From contig JAAZDE010000010.1 in assembly GCA_012512925.1 (NCBI GenBank), positions 6,417-70,416 of the forward strand: a stretch of 64,000 bases of DNA, read 5' to 3'. Made by a program: the position numbers and the translations under genes. The DNA is from Desulfuromonadaceae bacterium (GTDB lineage Bacteria > Desulfobacterota > Desulfuromonadia > Desulfuromonadales > JAAYDE01). Within the stretch, counting starts at the first letter, position 1, and each line of letters opens with the position of its first letter. Positions 10,202 to 18,469 of this stretch are shown piece by piece. Under the pieces are notes generated by a model, which was not told where the DNA came from, did no database searches, and saw only the letters and a program-made list of their open reading frames with translations.

Positions 10202-11914
10202 TCAGTCCTTTTTGTCGATCTTCGCCCAGGTGTCCTTCAGCGTCACGGTCCGGTTGAAGACCAGCCGCCCCGGTTTGCAATCCCAGCGGTCGGCGCAGAA
10301 ATAGCCCAGCCGTTCGAACTGGTAGCGGTTTTCGGGAACGGCCTTGGCCAGGGAAGGCTCCACCAGACACCCGGTCAGCACCTCCAGGGAGTGGGGATTG
10401 AGATGGGTCTTGTAATCGACCGACTTGTCGGCACAGGGATCTTCCTTGACGAAAAGCCGGTCATAGAGACGCACTTCGGCGGCAACGGCGTGGCGGGCCG
10501 ACACCCAGTGGATGATCCCTTTAACCTTGCGCCCGTCGGCCGGAGCTGAGCCCCTGGTCTCCGGATCGTAGACGCAGCGCAGTTCCACAATCTCGCCATG
10601 GGCGCCGCGGATCACCTCGGTGCATTTGATGATATAGGCATAACGCAGCCGAACTTCGCGCCCGGGCGCCAGCCGGAAAAATTTTTTCGGGGGATCCTCC
10701 ATGAAATCGTCCCGCTCGATGAAAAGTTCCCGGCAGAAGGGGATGGTCCGCGTCCCCATGGCAGGATCGTTGGGATGGCATGGCGCCTCAAATTCCTCCA
10801 CCTGATCCTCGGGGTAATTTTCGATGACCAGCTTCAGCGGCCGCAGCACCCCCATGGCGCGGGGAGCGGCCTGCTCCAGGTCCTCGCGGATGCAGAACTC
10901 CAGCAATCCCATGTCGACGCAGCTGTCGCGCTTGGCCACCCCGACCTTTTCACAGAAATTGCGGATCGAAACCGGGGTGTAGCCCCGCCGGCGGATGCCG
11001 CTCAAGGTCGGCATGCGCGGATCGTCCCAGCCGCTGACAAAGCCCCCGGTCACCAGTTCGATCAGGCGCCGCTTGCTCAGCACGGTGTAGTTGATATTGA
11101 GGCGGGCGAATTCGATCTGCTGGGGATGGCAGGGAACATCGAGCTGATCGAGAACCCAGTCGTAGAGAGGGCGATGGTCCTCGAACTCGAGGGTGCAGAT
11201 GGAATGGGTGATGCGCTCCAGGGCGTCGGAGATGCAGTGGGTGTAGTCGTACATCGGATAGATGACCCACTGGTCGCCGGTGCGGTGGTGCTCCTCGTGG
11301 CGGATGCGGTAGATGACCGGGTCGCGCAGATTGAGGTTGGGGGAGGCCATATCGATCCTGGCCCGCAGCACATGGGTTCCGTCGGGAAACTCCCCTGCTT
11401 TCATCCGCTGGAAAAGATCGAGGTTCTCCTCCACGCTGCGGTCGCGGTAGGGGCTCTCCCTGCCCGGCTCCCTGAGGGTGCCACGATAGTCGCGCATCTG
11501 CTCGGCGCTCAGGGAACAGACGTAGGCTTTCCCCTGGCGGATCAGATCGAGAGCGTATTCGTAGAGCTGGGGAAAATAATCGGAGGCGTGAAAGAAGTTC
11601 TCTCCCCAGTCGAAGCCAAGCCATCGGACGTCGTTCTGTATCGACTCCTCATATTCGACTTCCTCTTTACATGGATTGGTATCATCGAAACGCAGGTGGC
11701 ACTTGCCCCGGTAATCCCTGGCCAGGCCGAAATTGAGGCAGATCGACTTGGCGTGGCCGATGTGCAGATAGCCGTTCGGCTCTGGAGGAAAACGGGTCAC
11801 CACCCGGCCGTCGTTCTTGCCGGCCTTCAGATCCTCGTCGATGATAGCGCGGATGAAGTTGCCGGGTCTGGACTCCCCGGCCTCAGAGCCGTTCTTTGTT
11901 TTCGGTTCTTCCAT
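10202..11914 (-). CDS. glnS: Glutamine--tRNA ligase
   Basis: HIGH motif ([12 protein letters not shown]) and a KMSKS-like motif (VLSKRRL), GlnRS-like throughout. The track start 11923 is a GTG abutting the SD. ATG 11914 has SD GGGAG with an 8-nt spacer. Confidence 0.93.
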   Translation of the reverse strand: MEEPKTKNGSEAGESRPGNFIRAIIDEDLKAGKNDGRVVTRFPPEPNGYLHIGHAKSICLNFGLARDYRGKCHLRFDDTNPCKEEVEYEESIQNDVRWLGFDWGENFFHASDYFPQLYEYALDLIRQGKAYVCSLSAEQMRDYRGTLREPGRESPYRDRSVEENLDLFQRMKAGEFPDGTHVLRARIDMASPNLNLRDPVIYRIRHEEHHRTGDQWVIYPMYDYTHCISDALERITHSICTLEFEDHRPLYDWVLDQLDVPCHPQQIEFARLNINYTVLSKRRLIELVTGGFVSGWDDPRMPTLSGIRRRGYTPVSIRNFCEKVGVAKRDSCVDMGLLEFCIREDLEQAAPRAMGVLRPLKLVIENYPEDQVEEFEAPCHPNDPAMGTRTIPFCRELFIERDDFMEDPPKKFFRLAPGREVRLRYAYIIKCTEVIRGAHGEIVELRCVYDPETRGSAPADGRKVKGIIHWVSARHAVAAEVRLYDRLFVKEDPCADKSVDYKTHLNPHSLEVLTGCLVEPSLAKAVPENRYQFERLGYFCADRWDCKPGRLVFNRTVTLKDTWAKIDKKD

Positions 11915-12037
11915 GATGTGCACTCCCTTTTCGGAAACGGATGCATTCGGCAGCTCAGACCTGACTTCGGATGGCCCAGGACTTTCAAAATGGCTTTACT
12001 ATATACAACTCCCCGGGGAATTTTCCAGAGAATCATT

Positions 12038-12197
12038 GGAAACGGCCCGATTTAGCCGACTGCACCTCAGAGGTATCCGGCTTCGATGCAGCAAGCCACA
12101 TGGATATGACCAGCAAAGGCCTTGTACCATCCAGAGTGCCACCGCCCCATTGCTGGAGAAGCGATTGACTTCGAAAAGGAGAAAAAGGGCCGTTTCC
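12038..12197. ncRNA. Candidate structured RNA / regulatory element, unclassified
   Basis: Perfect 11-bp closing helix GGAAACGGCCC (12038-12048) / GGGCCGTTTCC (12187-12197). Nested helices include CCAGCAA (12110-12116) / TTGCTGG (12150-12156). Strand and identity are unknown. Confidence 0.3.
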
Positions 12198-12212
12198 GAA
12201 TGAGAATTAATG

Positions 12213-12218
12213 TATAAT
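12213..12218 (+). promoter_or_regulatory. TATAAT -10 hexamer, possible selA promoter
   Basis: Perfect TATAAT lies 48 nt upstream of the selA ATG. No good -35 hexamer: the CCGTTT/GTTTCC region overlaps the right arm of the inverted repeat. Confidence 0.3.
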
Positions 12219-12265
12219 GCGCCAGGCGCATCCGCAAATCAAACAACCGAAGGACCTTTGGCAAC

Positions 12266-13702
12266 ATGATCCAAAGGGAAGAAATGACCGAAAACAACCT
12301 TCAAACCCTGTTGAAACAACTGCCGGCCGTGGATCGGCTTCTGGAAGAGCCGGCCATTATGACGTGCCTTTGCCAAGCTCCCCGCCAAGTGGTGACCGAC
12401 GCCATCCGCGACACTCTGGCCGAGGCCCGCGAGGAAATCATGCGGACCGGTCATTCGGGAAAAGGGGACGAACTCCATCCCGCGACCCTGGCGCTGAAAG
12501 CCGTCCGCCTGGCGGAAATCCGCCTGCGCCCTTCCCTGCGCCGGGTGGTCAACGCCACCGGCACACTGATCCACACCAATCTGGGGCGGGCTCCCCTCAG
12601 CCGGGCGGCGCTGCAGGCCGTCGAGTCGGTAGCCATCTCCTACTCCAATCTGGAATACAATCTCGAAGCCGGTGAGCGGGGGAAACGCCACGCCCACGTC
12701 GAAGAACTGCTCTGCCGTCTGACCGGCGCCGAAGCCGCCACCGTGGTCAACAACAACGCCGGAGCGACCTTGCTGGCCCTGAGCGCCATGGCCCAGGGGA
12801 AGGAGGCCGTGGTCTCGCGGGGGGAACTGGTGGAGATCGGCGGCAGTTTCCGGATGCCGGAGGTAATGAACGCCGGCGGGGTAATCATGCGGGAGGTCGG
12901 CACCACCAACAAGACCCATCTGCGGGATTTCCGGCAGGCAATCGGACCGGAAACCGCCCTGCTCCTCAAGGTGCATACCAGCAATTACCGCATCGTCGGC
13001 TTCACCGAACAGGTCCCCTCCGTCGATCTGGTCCGGCTGGGGCGGGAGCATCATCTGCCGGTCATGGAGGACTTGGGAAGCGGCATGCTGCTCGATCTCT
13101 CCGTTTACGGCCTTCCCAGGGAACCGACCGTTCGCGAGACCGTCCAGGCCGGGATTGACATCCTCACCTTCAGCGGCGACAAACTGCTGGGAGGGCCGCA
13201 AGCCGGAATCATTCTGGGACGCGGTGAAGCCGTAGAGCGCATCCGCCGCCATCCTCTGGCCCGCGCCCTGCGCATCGACAAAATGACCCTGGCTGGACTG
13301 GAGGCCACCCTGCGCCACTACCTCAATCCCGAGGAGGCGCTGCGGGAAATCCCCGTGCTGCGGATGCTCGCCATATCGCCCGAGCAGACCCGGGGAAGAT
13401 GTGAAAAGCTCCTTGCTATTCTCCGGCAAGAAGTGGCACAACCGCTTCATGCCAAAATCATCCCGGAAACCTCCCGGGTCGGCGGCGGCGCCCTGCCCCT
13501 CACCGAACTGCCCGGCTTCGCCATCGCCATCACCCCCCAGGGGATGAGCGCGGATCGCCTTGCCCAACGGCTCCGCGCCGCCGCGCCGCAGGTCATCGGC
13601 CGCATTCAGGAGGATCGCCTGCTGTTCAATCCGCGCACCCTGGCCGAAGGGGAGGAGGAACTGCTGGCGGCTTGTCTGAAGCAGGCCCTGCACCAGGAAT
13701 AA
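12266..13702 (+). CDS. selA: L-seryl-tRNA(Sec) selenium transferase
   Basis: SelA-like over the full length. Contains TLIHTNLGRAPLS and the PLP-lysine region FSGDKLLGGPQAGII. Alternative start at ATG 12284. Confidence 0.93.
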   Translation: MIQREEMTENNLQTLLKQLPAVDRLLEEPAIMTCLCQAPRQVVTDAIRDTLAEAREEIMRTGHSGKGDELHPATLALKAVRLAEIRLRPSLRRVVNATGTLIHTNLGRAPLSRAALQAVESVAISYSNLEYNLEAGERGKRHAHVEELLCRLTGAEAATVVNNNAGATLLALSAMAQGKEAVVSRGELVEIGGSFRMPEVMNAGGVIMREVGTTNKTHLRDFRQAIGPETALLLKVHTSNYRIVGFTEQVPSVDLVRLGREHHLPVMEDLGSGMLLDLSVYGLPREPTVRETVQAGIDILTFSGDKLLGGPQAGIILGRGEAVERIRRHPLARALRIDKMTLAGLEATLRHYLNPEEALREIPVLRMLAISPEQTRGRCEKLLAILRQEVAQPLHAKIIPETSRVGGGALPLTELPGFAIAITPQGMSADRLAQRLRAAAPQVIGRIQEDRLLFNPRTLAEGEEELLAACLKQALHQE

Positions 13703-13718
13703 ACAGGAAAAGGTCGAC

Positions 13719-14786
13719 ATGACGCAAGACAAAACGCGCCTGACGCAACTCGCCAAAAGCGCCGGCTGAGCGGCCAAGCTGGGTCCCGAGACCCTGGCGC
13801 AGGTTCTGCGCCGACTGCCGAAATCAAAGGATCCCAACCTCCTTTCACAGGGGATACCTTTCGCCGACGCGGGGATCTACCGCCTCACGGAGGAGTGCGC
13901 CCTGGTCCAATCGGTCGATTTCTTCACCCCCATGGTGGACGACCCTTTCCTCTTCGGCCAGATCGCCGCGGCCAACGCCCTCTCCGACATCTACACCATC
14001 GGCGGCAAGCCGCTGACCGCCCTCAACCTGGTCTCCTTCCCCTCCTGCACGCTCGACAACGAGATTCTTGCCGCTATTTTGCTGGGCGGCGCCGAGAAGG
14101 TGGCCGAAGCCGGAGCGGTAATTGTCGGCGGCCATTCCATCGAGGACGCAGAACCCAAATACGGTCTGGCGGTCACCGGGGTCGTCCACCCGCAACGGAT
14201 GGTAACCTCGGTCGGCGCCCGTCCCGGCGATTTTCTGGTGCTCACCAAGCCCCTTGGCGTCGGCATCCTGGCCACCGCCCTCAAGGGAGAACTTCTGACC
14301 GAAACCGAGATTGACACCGCCCTCAGAGGAATGGTGACCCTCAATGCCGCCGCCGCCCGGATCATGGTCGAGGTCGGCGTTCATGCCAGCACCGACGTCA
14401 CCGGTTTCGGCCTCATCGGCCATGCTCTGGAGATGGCCGAGGCGAGCGGCGTCGGCCTGGCGATCGATGGCAACGATCCGCCGACCTATCCCCACACACT
14501 GGAGATGGCGGAGATGGGGATCATCCCCGGAGGCAGCCACCGCAACCGCCTCTTCTACCTCCCCCGGGTGGACGGCGCAGAGAAACTCAAACCTGAAATC
14601 CGCGATATTCTTTTCGATCCGCAGACTTCGGGTGGATTGCTGATGGCGGTTTCTCCGGCGCAACTGACGGAGTTGACGGACAAACTTCGGGCGGCCGGTG
14701 CCGGCGCCTTCGTCATCGGCGCCGTGGAGGAGAAACCGGTGGCCCGGTTGCGAATCGTCCAAACCCCTTTCGATAGAAACCGCTGA
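13719..14786 (+). CDS. selD: Selenide, water dikinase SelD, selenocysteine-containing (UGA at 13767-13769 read as Sec)
   Basis: The track shows only 13932..14786. The same frame is open back to ATG 13719 (SD AGGAAAAGG) except for one TGA. The N-terminus MTQDKTRLTQLAKSAG-U-AAKLGPETLAQVL aligns with E. coli SelD [25 protein letters not shown], placing the UGA at Cys17. Confidence 0.9.
13781..13812 (+). promoter_or_regulatory. Candidate bacterial SECIS hairpins downstream of the selD UGA
   Basis: GGGTC-CCGA-GACCC starts exactly 11 nt after the UGA and can be extended with a bulged U. It is followed by the perfect hairpin GGCGCAG-GTT-CTGCGCC (13796-13812). Confidence 0.5.
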
Positions 14787-14996
14787 CGGGTTTTTATCCA
14801 AAGAGGAACACTATGGCCGAGGGAAAACAGCTCTTCAGCAGATGGTCGGACATTTTTTCAAGGATGAAGATCCCGGGCTGACACGGAGAATCGAACTGGC
14901 AGAAATCGTCGAGAACTCGACGCCGAGGCGTTCCTGGTGCCAGAGGGGCCGAGCCCGCAGCCTGAGAAAAAATTTCCCCCGAGACCGGACGGGTTA

Positions 14997-15037
14997 CTGA
15001 AAAACCGCGATTTGGCGTCACCGGAACGGTTTTTCAG
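14997..15037. terminator. Bidirectional terminator-like hairpin between convergent selD and azlD
   Basis: Perfect 11-bp inverted repeat CTGAAAAACCG / CGGTTTTTCAG with a 19-nt loop. A/T runs lie inside both arms. Confidence 0.5.
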
Positions 15038-15044
15038 CAACCTG

Positions 15045-15368
15045 CTACATGACCATTCCTCCCAGCCAATAGAGCAACATCCCCATCAGCACGGTCCCCC
15101 CCAGACTGCGGGTCTTCAGGGAAAAGAGCAGGGTCGGAATCGCCACCAGCAACTCGAGTTTGCCCAAAACAAGGCTGCGGGCCCCGGTATCGGTGAACAG
15201 GCTCGGCGCGAGCAGGGCGCTGAGGATCGCCACCGGTATCAGAGCCAGCCAGTCGATCAGCCACTGGGGCATCCTGCGATGAGCAAAGTAGAGCAGAGGG
15301 AAGGCGCGGGGAAGATAGGTCACCAGGCCCATGGTGCCGAACAGAAAAAGGTAGTCGGCAAAACTCAT
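15045..15368 (-). CDS. azlD: Branched-chain amino acid transport protein AzlD
   Basis: 107-aa hydrophobic protein. Its ATG overlaps the azlC stop (ATGA). AzlD-like size and pattern. Confidence 0.8.
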   Translation of the reverse strand: MSFADYLFLFGTMGLVTYLPRAFPLLYFAHRRMPQWLIDWLALIPVAILSALLAPSLFTDTGARSLVLGKLELLVAIPTLLFSLKTRSLGGTVLMGMLLYWLGGMVM

Positions 15369-16066
15369 CTACTCCTCCTCCGCCGACGTTGCAACAGGAA
15401 ACCGATGGTCGCTGCGCTCATGGAGGCGCCGACGATGTAGGAATCGCCGGGAATCAGCAGGTACCAGGCGGTGGCAATCGCCGCCGCCAGCAGACCGGTG
15501 ATGACGTAGATGCGTCCCCGCAGTTGAAAAACCAGCAGGCAGATAAACATCCCGGTCAAGGCGTAGTCGATGCCGAGCGCTCCCGGCGGTAGGAATTGGC
15601 CGACCAGGGCGCCGCCGATGGTGGCGAGAACCCAGGTGGCATTGGCCAGATGGTTGACGGTCAGAGCCCGCCAGCGATCCCATCCCCCCTCCCGGAAACG
15701 GGTCAGATTGACGGCGAAGCTTTCATCGGTGACTCCGTATGAATAGAGGGCCAGGAAGCGGCGGCTCACCCCCTGAAGAAATACCGCCAGGGCCGAACTC
15801 ATCAGCACATGGCGCAGGTTGACGACAAAGGTAGTCACGATGATGGCCGAAGCCGAGGCGCCGGCGCCGAGCATGGCCACGCAGATAAACTGGGCGCTGC
15901 CTGCGAAAACCAGAACCGACATCATGGCTACCGACCACCAGGGGATGCCGGCCTTTTGGGCCAGCACCCCGAGAGCGAGACCGATCGGCAGGTAACCGAG
16001 GCAGATAGGCCAGGCGGCGACGGCTCCCTGACGCAGGGTCTGAAGAACATTGACGGGCATTTTCAT
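15365..16066 (-). CDS. azlC: AzlC-family branched-chain amino acid permease subunit
   Basis: ORF trimmed to ATG 16066 (MKMPVNVLQTLRQG...). AzlC-like segment GLALGVLAQKAG...VFAGSAQF. Confidence 0.85.
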   Translation of the reverse strand: MKMPVNVLQTLRQGAVAAWPICLGYLPIGLALGVLAQKAGIPWWSVAMMSVLVFAGSAQFICVAMLGAGASASAIIVTTFVVNLRHVLMSSALAVFLQGVSRRFLALYSYGVTDESFAVNLTRFREGGWDRWRALTVNHLANATWVLATIGGALVGQFLPPGALGIDYALTGMFICLLVFQLRGRIYVITGLLAAAIATAWYLLIPGDSYIVGASMSAATIGFLLQRRRRRSR

Positions 16067-16576
16067 TGGCTGAAAGGCAACAAAGCAAGAGGGAGACAGG
16101 TACATACAAACCGCCCTGAATCATAAATAACCGGCCCATAAGGTCAAGGAAATCTTTCCATGATCTGCCGATGCCGGGCCAGTTCGACTTGATCCTGCTA
16201 ACCACGGGAAAGATCAAAGTCGGACCTTCGGATGCAATAGACAGTCGTCCCGGCGGGCATGCTGCGTCCATAAAAAATGCCTGGCGCGCCGGCCTCAGCA
16301 ACGGCTGGACAACGGCGAATGTTTCCCGTGCCCGAACCCGACGGAGACCGTATAACCCCGCCAGAGTACCAGTGAAGAAGAAGGAGAAACTTAAAAACCA
16401 TCGGCTAACAGATAAAAAATTAGAGAAAATAGGTATTTGCGCCCACCGGAAGCGGATGTTTTTATTTTCAATAAATTGTATTGTGTACCGGAGCGCTTCC
16501 ATGTTATGTTTGCATCACTAAAGCACGTTTGTGGAGATTTTTCACTCAATTGGTTGGCGCGGTGTCAACCTTGGAC

Positions 16577-16609
16577 AAAACACACAAGCCGGTTTGGGTT
16601 GTGTGTTTT
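16577..16609 (+). promoter_or_regulatory. Perfect 11-bp hairpin in the cspA upstream/leader region
   Basis: AAAACACACAA - 11-nt loop - TTGTGTGTTTT, followed by TCCGTTATTT, 64 nt upstream of the cspA start. Confidence 0.4.
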
Positions 16610-16672
16610 TCCGTTATTTAAGGGTTGTCAATCTTCACAAAAAAATTTCCAAAGGGAAACAAGGAGAAAAAA

Positions 16673-16873
16673 GTGGCAGAAGGTACTGTAAAATGGTTTA
16701 ACGACAGCAAAGGATTTGGATTTATTCAACAGGACAACGGACCGGATGTGTTTGTTCATTTTTCCGCGATCCAAGGTGATGGATTTAAATCGCTGGCTGA
16801 AGGAGATCGTGTGACTTTTGATGTCACCAACGGCCCCAAAGGTCCGCAGTCGGCCAACGTTCGCAAAGCTTAA
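16673..16873 (+). CDS. cspA: Cold-shock protein (CspA family)
   Basis: Cold-shock domain with RNP1 KGFGFI and RNP2 VFVHF. GTG 16673 with SD AAGGAG (6-nt spacer) is preferred over the track's ATG 16625. Confidence 0.93.
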   Translation: MAEGTVKWFNDSKGFGFIQQDNGPDVFVHFSAIQGDGFKSLAEGDRVTFDVTNGPKGPQSANVRKA

Positions 16874-16902
16874 TCCTACACACATTAAGCATCGAATTCA
16901 AA

Positions 16903-16947
16903 GAAGCCTCACGATGTTTCGTGGGGCTTCTTTCTTTGATTTTTTTT
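16903..16947 (+). terminator. Rho-independent terminator of cspA
   Basis: GAAGCCTCACGA-TGTT-TCGTGGGGCTTC stem-loop followed by TTTCTTTGATTTTTTTT. Confidence 0.8.
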
Positions 16948-17153
16948 AAATATCCTTAAATAATTAATAGATTTTTGCGATGTAACGAAAAGTGATCCCA
17001 ATGATCGTTGCGGAAAACACATCAATACCCAATTTTTCAATAAAACTTCCAGCAAAACAGGTCAAGGCGCATAGCCGCAGCTTTTCAAAAGCCTTTTGTT
17101 GCTGGCTGACCTGATTACCACAAAAATACCATCTCCCGAAAAAGGAGAATTCA

Positions 17154-17285
17154 ATGGCCAAAAAGCCAAATTACGAATTCCAAAAACGCCAAAAAGAACT
17201 CGCCAGAAAAGCAAAAAAAGAACAAAAGAAAAAAACCAAACAAGAGGAAACGCCCACGTCACCGCCCAAAAACGATGACAACTAA
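17154..17285 (+). CDS. Unlisted 43-aa highly basic small protein (candidate sORF)
   Basis: ATG 17154 is preceded by AAAAGGAGA (6-nt spacer). Product: MAKKPNYEFQKRQKELARKAKKEQKKKTKQEETPTSPPKNDDN. It falls below the track's length cutoff. Confidence 0.45.
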   Translation: MAKKPNYEFQKRQKELARKAKKEQKKKTKQEETPTSPPKNDDN

Positions 17286-17391
17286 AACCTTTCCCGGCTT
17301 ATCTTTTGAGTTTCAATCCAGTATTGATAAAACAGGCTTCCGAAATCTTCCCAGACACGAACCAGACTTCACTCAGTGGGGGTATCAAATC

Positions 17392-17847
17392 ATGACCAAA
17401 AAAACCTTATCGGTAGGCGATCGGATCGAGGCCCGTTGCACCAAATGCCGTAAAATCCTCAACCACACCCTCGTCGCCATGGTCGAGGAACGCCCGGCCC
17501 GTGTCAAGTGCAACACCTGCGGAGGGGAGCACAACTATAAAGATCCAGCGACAGCGGCCCAGGCTAAAACCTCCGCGCCCGCTAAAAAACGGGTTTCAAA
17601 AACCAAAAAAGACTCGAGCAACAAAGCCGAGCGACAGCACTGGGAAAGCATCCAGTCAGACATGGATCAATCCACCGCAATCAATTACGCCATGGATAGG
17701 CATTTTAACGTCGGGGCCCTGATCAGTCATCCGGTTTTTGGCCTGGGCCTGGTCGAGGAAGCACCGGGAACCGACAAAATCCGCGTTCTTTTTCAGGATG
17801 GCAAAAAGCTGTTGCGCTGCGCCCAATCCAGCCACAACCGGAGGTGA
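17392..17847 (+). CDS. Zinc-ribbon domain protein, function unknown
   Basis: ORF 17275..17847 trimmed to ATG 17392 (MTKKTLSVGDRIEARCTKCRK...VKCNTCGG, two CxxC pairs). Lys/Ala-rich linker. C-terminal HPVFGLGLVEE... small beta-domain-like motif. Confidence 0.6.
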   Translation: MTKKTLSVGDRIEARCTKCRKILNHTLVAMVEERPARVKCNTCGGEHNYKDPATAAQAKTSAPAKKRVSKTKKDSSNKAERQHWESIQSDMDQSTAINYAMDRHFNVGALISHPVFGLGLVEEAPGTDKIRVLFQDGKKLLRCAQSSHNRR

Positions 17848-17960
17848 AATGAGGAATTTCTTTTTCCGACCAGAGCCGACAGCAGAATGACCATATCCAC
17901 AATGGGCCGGCCAGTTACCGCCTCAAAATGGGCAAAGACGCCGCTTTTCAGTCGCCGCTG

Positions 17961-18401
17961 TCAACACTTCCAGACGATATAATCGCAGAGATCCAATCCA
18001 TCCTCGTATAAAACGACCCTTCCACCGAGCACACGTTCCAGTTCCCTCTGCCCCGATCTTCTCCTTTTCCTGGAAAACAAGGGGCGGTTTTCCGGGAGAG
18101 ACTGGTTTTCATAGGCTAGTCGGTAGGCACAATGGGGAGGGAGCCAGGTCAATCCGGCAATGTTTTCAGCAGTGATTCTTGTGCAATCCGGATTGACCTC
18201 GAACCGTTTCTCATAGACAGAGCATTTGCCGGCTTTCAGATCATAGCAGGAGCACATCACCCTGGTGAGGTATACTTCCTCCGTATCGTCGTACAACACC
18301 CTGTAGAGACAGCAGAAACCGCAGTTGTCGCACAACGATTCCCATTCACCTTCGTTGAGCAGGCAAAGATTTCTCTTTTTCAGAAAACCGGGCTGGGGCA
18401 A
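17961..18401 (-). CDS. ycgN: YcgN/UPF0260-family Cys-rich protein
   Basis: EWESLCDNCGFCCLY...YLTRVMC...CSVYEKRFEVNPDC parallels E. coli YcgN (EWESLCDGCGQCCLH...). TTG start behind a strong SD GGAGGGAGGA. Confidence 0.8.
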   Translation of the reverse strand: MPQPGFLKKRNLCLLNEGEWESLCDNCGFCCLYRVLYDDTEEVYLTRVMCSCYDLKAGKCSVYEKRFEVNPDCTRITAENIAGLTWLPPHCAYRLAYENQSLPENRPLFSRKRRRSGQRELERVLGGRVVLYEDGLDLCDYIVWKC

Positions 18402-18469
18402 TGATCCTCCCTCCTATAGGTTTTTTGGTGCAGTGATAGAGTTATGCACCGCCAATTTTTTATTTTCTC

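Noticed and set aside
11941-12200. T-box riboswitch in the glnS leader (minus-strand GGAUGGUACAAGG resembles GGGUGGUACCGCG)
   Set aside because: Only a partial match to the T-box core. There is no Stem I GA/K-turn, specifier loop, AG bulge or terminator U-tract, and the motif sits too far (~190 nt) from the start.
11930-12200. MITE / insertion interpretation of the 11-bp terminal inverted repeats
   Set aside because: There is no flanking target-site duplication (left flank ...CTCCCTT, right flank TGAGAAT...). The left repeat abuts the glnS SD. It is kept as an open alternative inside the finding rather than called a mobile element.
12239-13837. 532-aa minus-strand ORF opposite selA. The same applies to 3696..5444, 5832..7304, 10598..12055, 19103..20224, 23983..26229, 28990..30426, 35039..36472, 47828..49795, 55826..57595 and 62104..63126.
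   Set aside because: All are antisense or out-of-frame shadows of confidently identified genes, with no recognisable motifs.
14813-14881. 22-codon ORF (MAEGKQLFSRWSDIFSRMKIPG) with an AGAGGA SD just after selD
   Set aside because: It is too short and has no supporting features. It lies in a convergent 3' spacer and cannot be supported from sequence alone.
11924-15044. Search for tRNA-Sec (selC) next to selA/selD
   Set aside because: No acceptor/T-arm (GTTCGAxTC with a complementary stem) or UCA anticodon loop could be assembled on either strand. ACTTCGAAA at about 12167 has a TCG triplet and no cloverleaf.
16198-16401. 67-aa minus-strand ORF starting MVFKFLLLLHW, considered as a Leu-rich leader peptide attenuating azlCD
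   Set aside because: There is no SD. The ORF runs through, rather than stopping before, the putative terminator. Attenuation logic does not suit an exporter.
16964-17161. 65-aa minus-strand ORF in the AT-rich patch after cspA
   Set aside because: It has a TTG start without an SD, overlaps the better-supported plus-strand sORF start and the cspA terminator region, and has no motifs.
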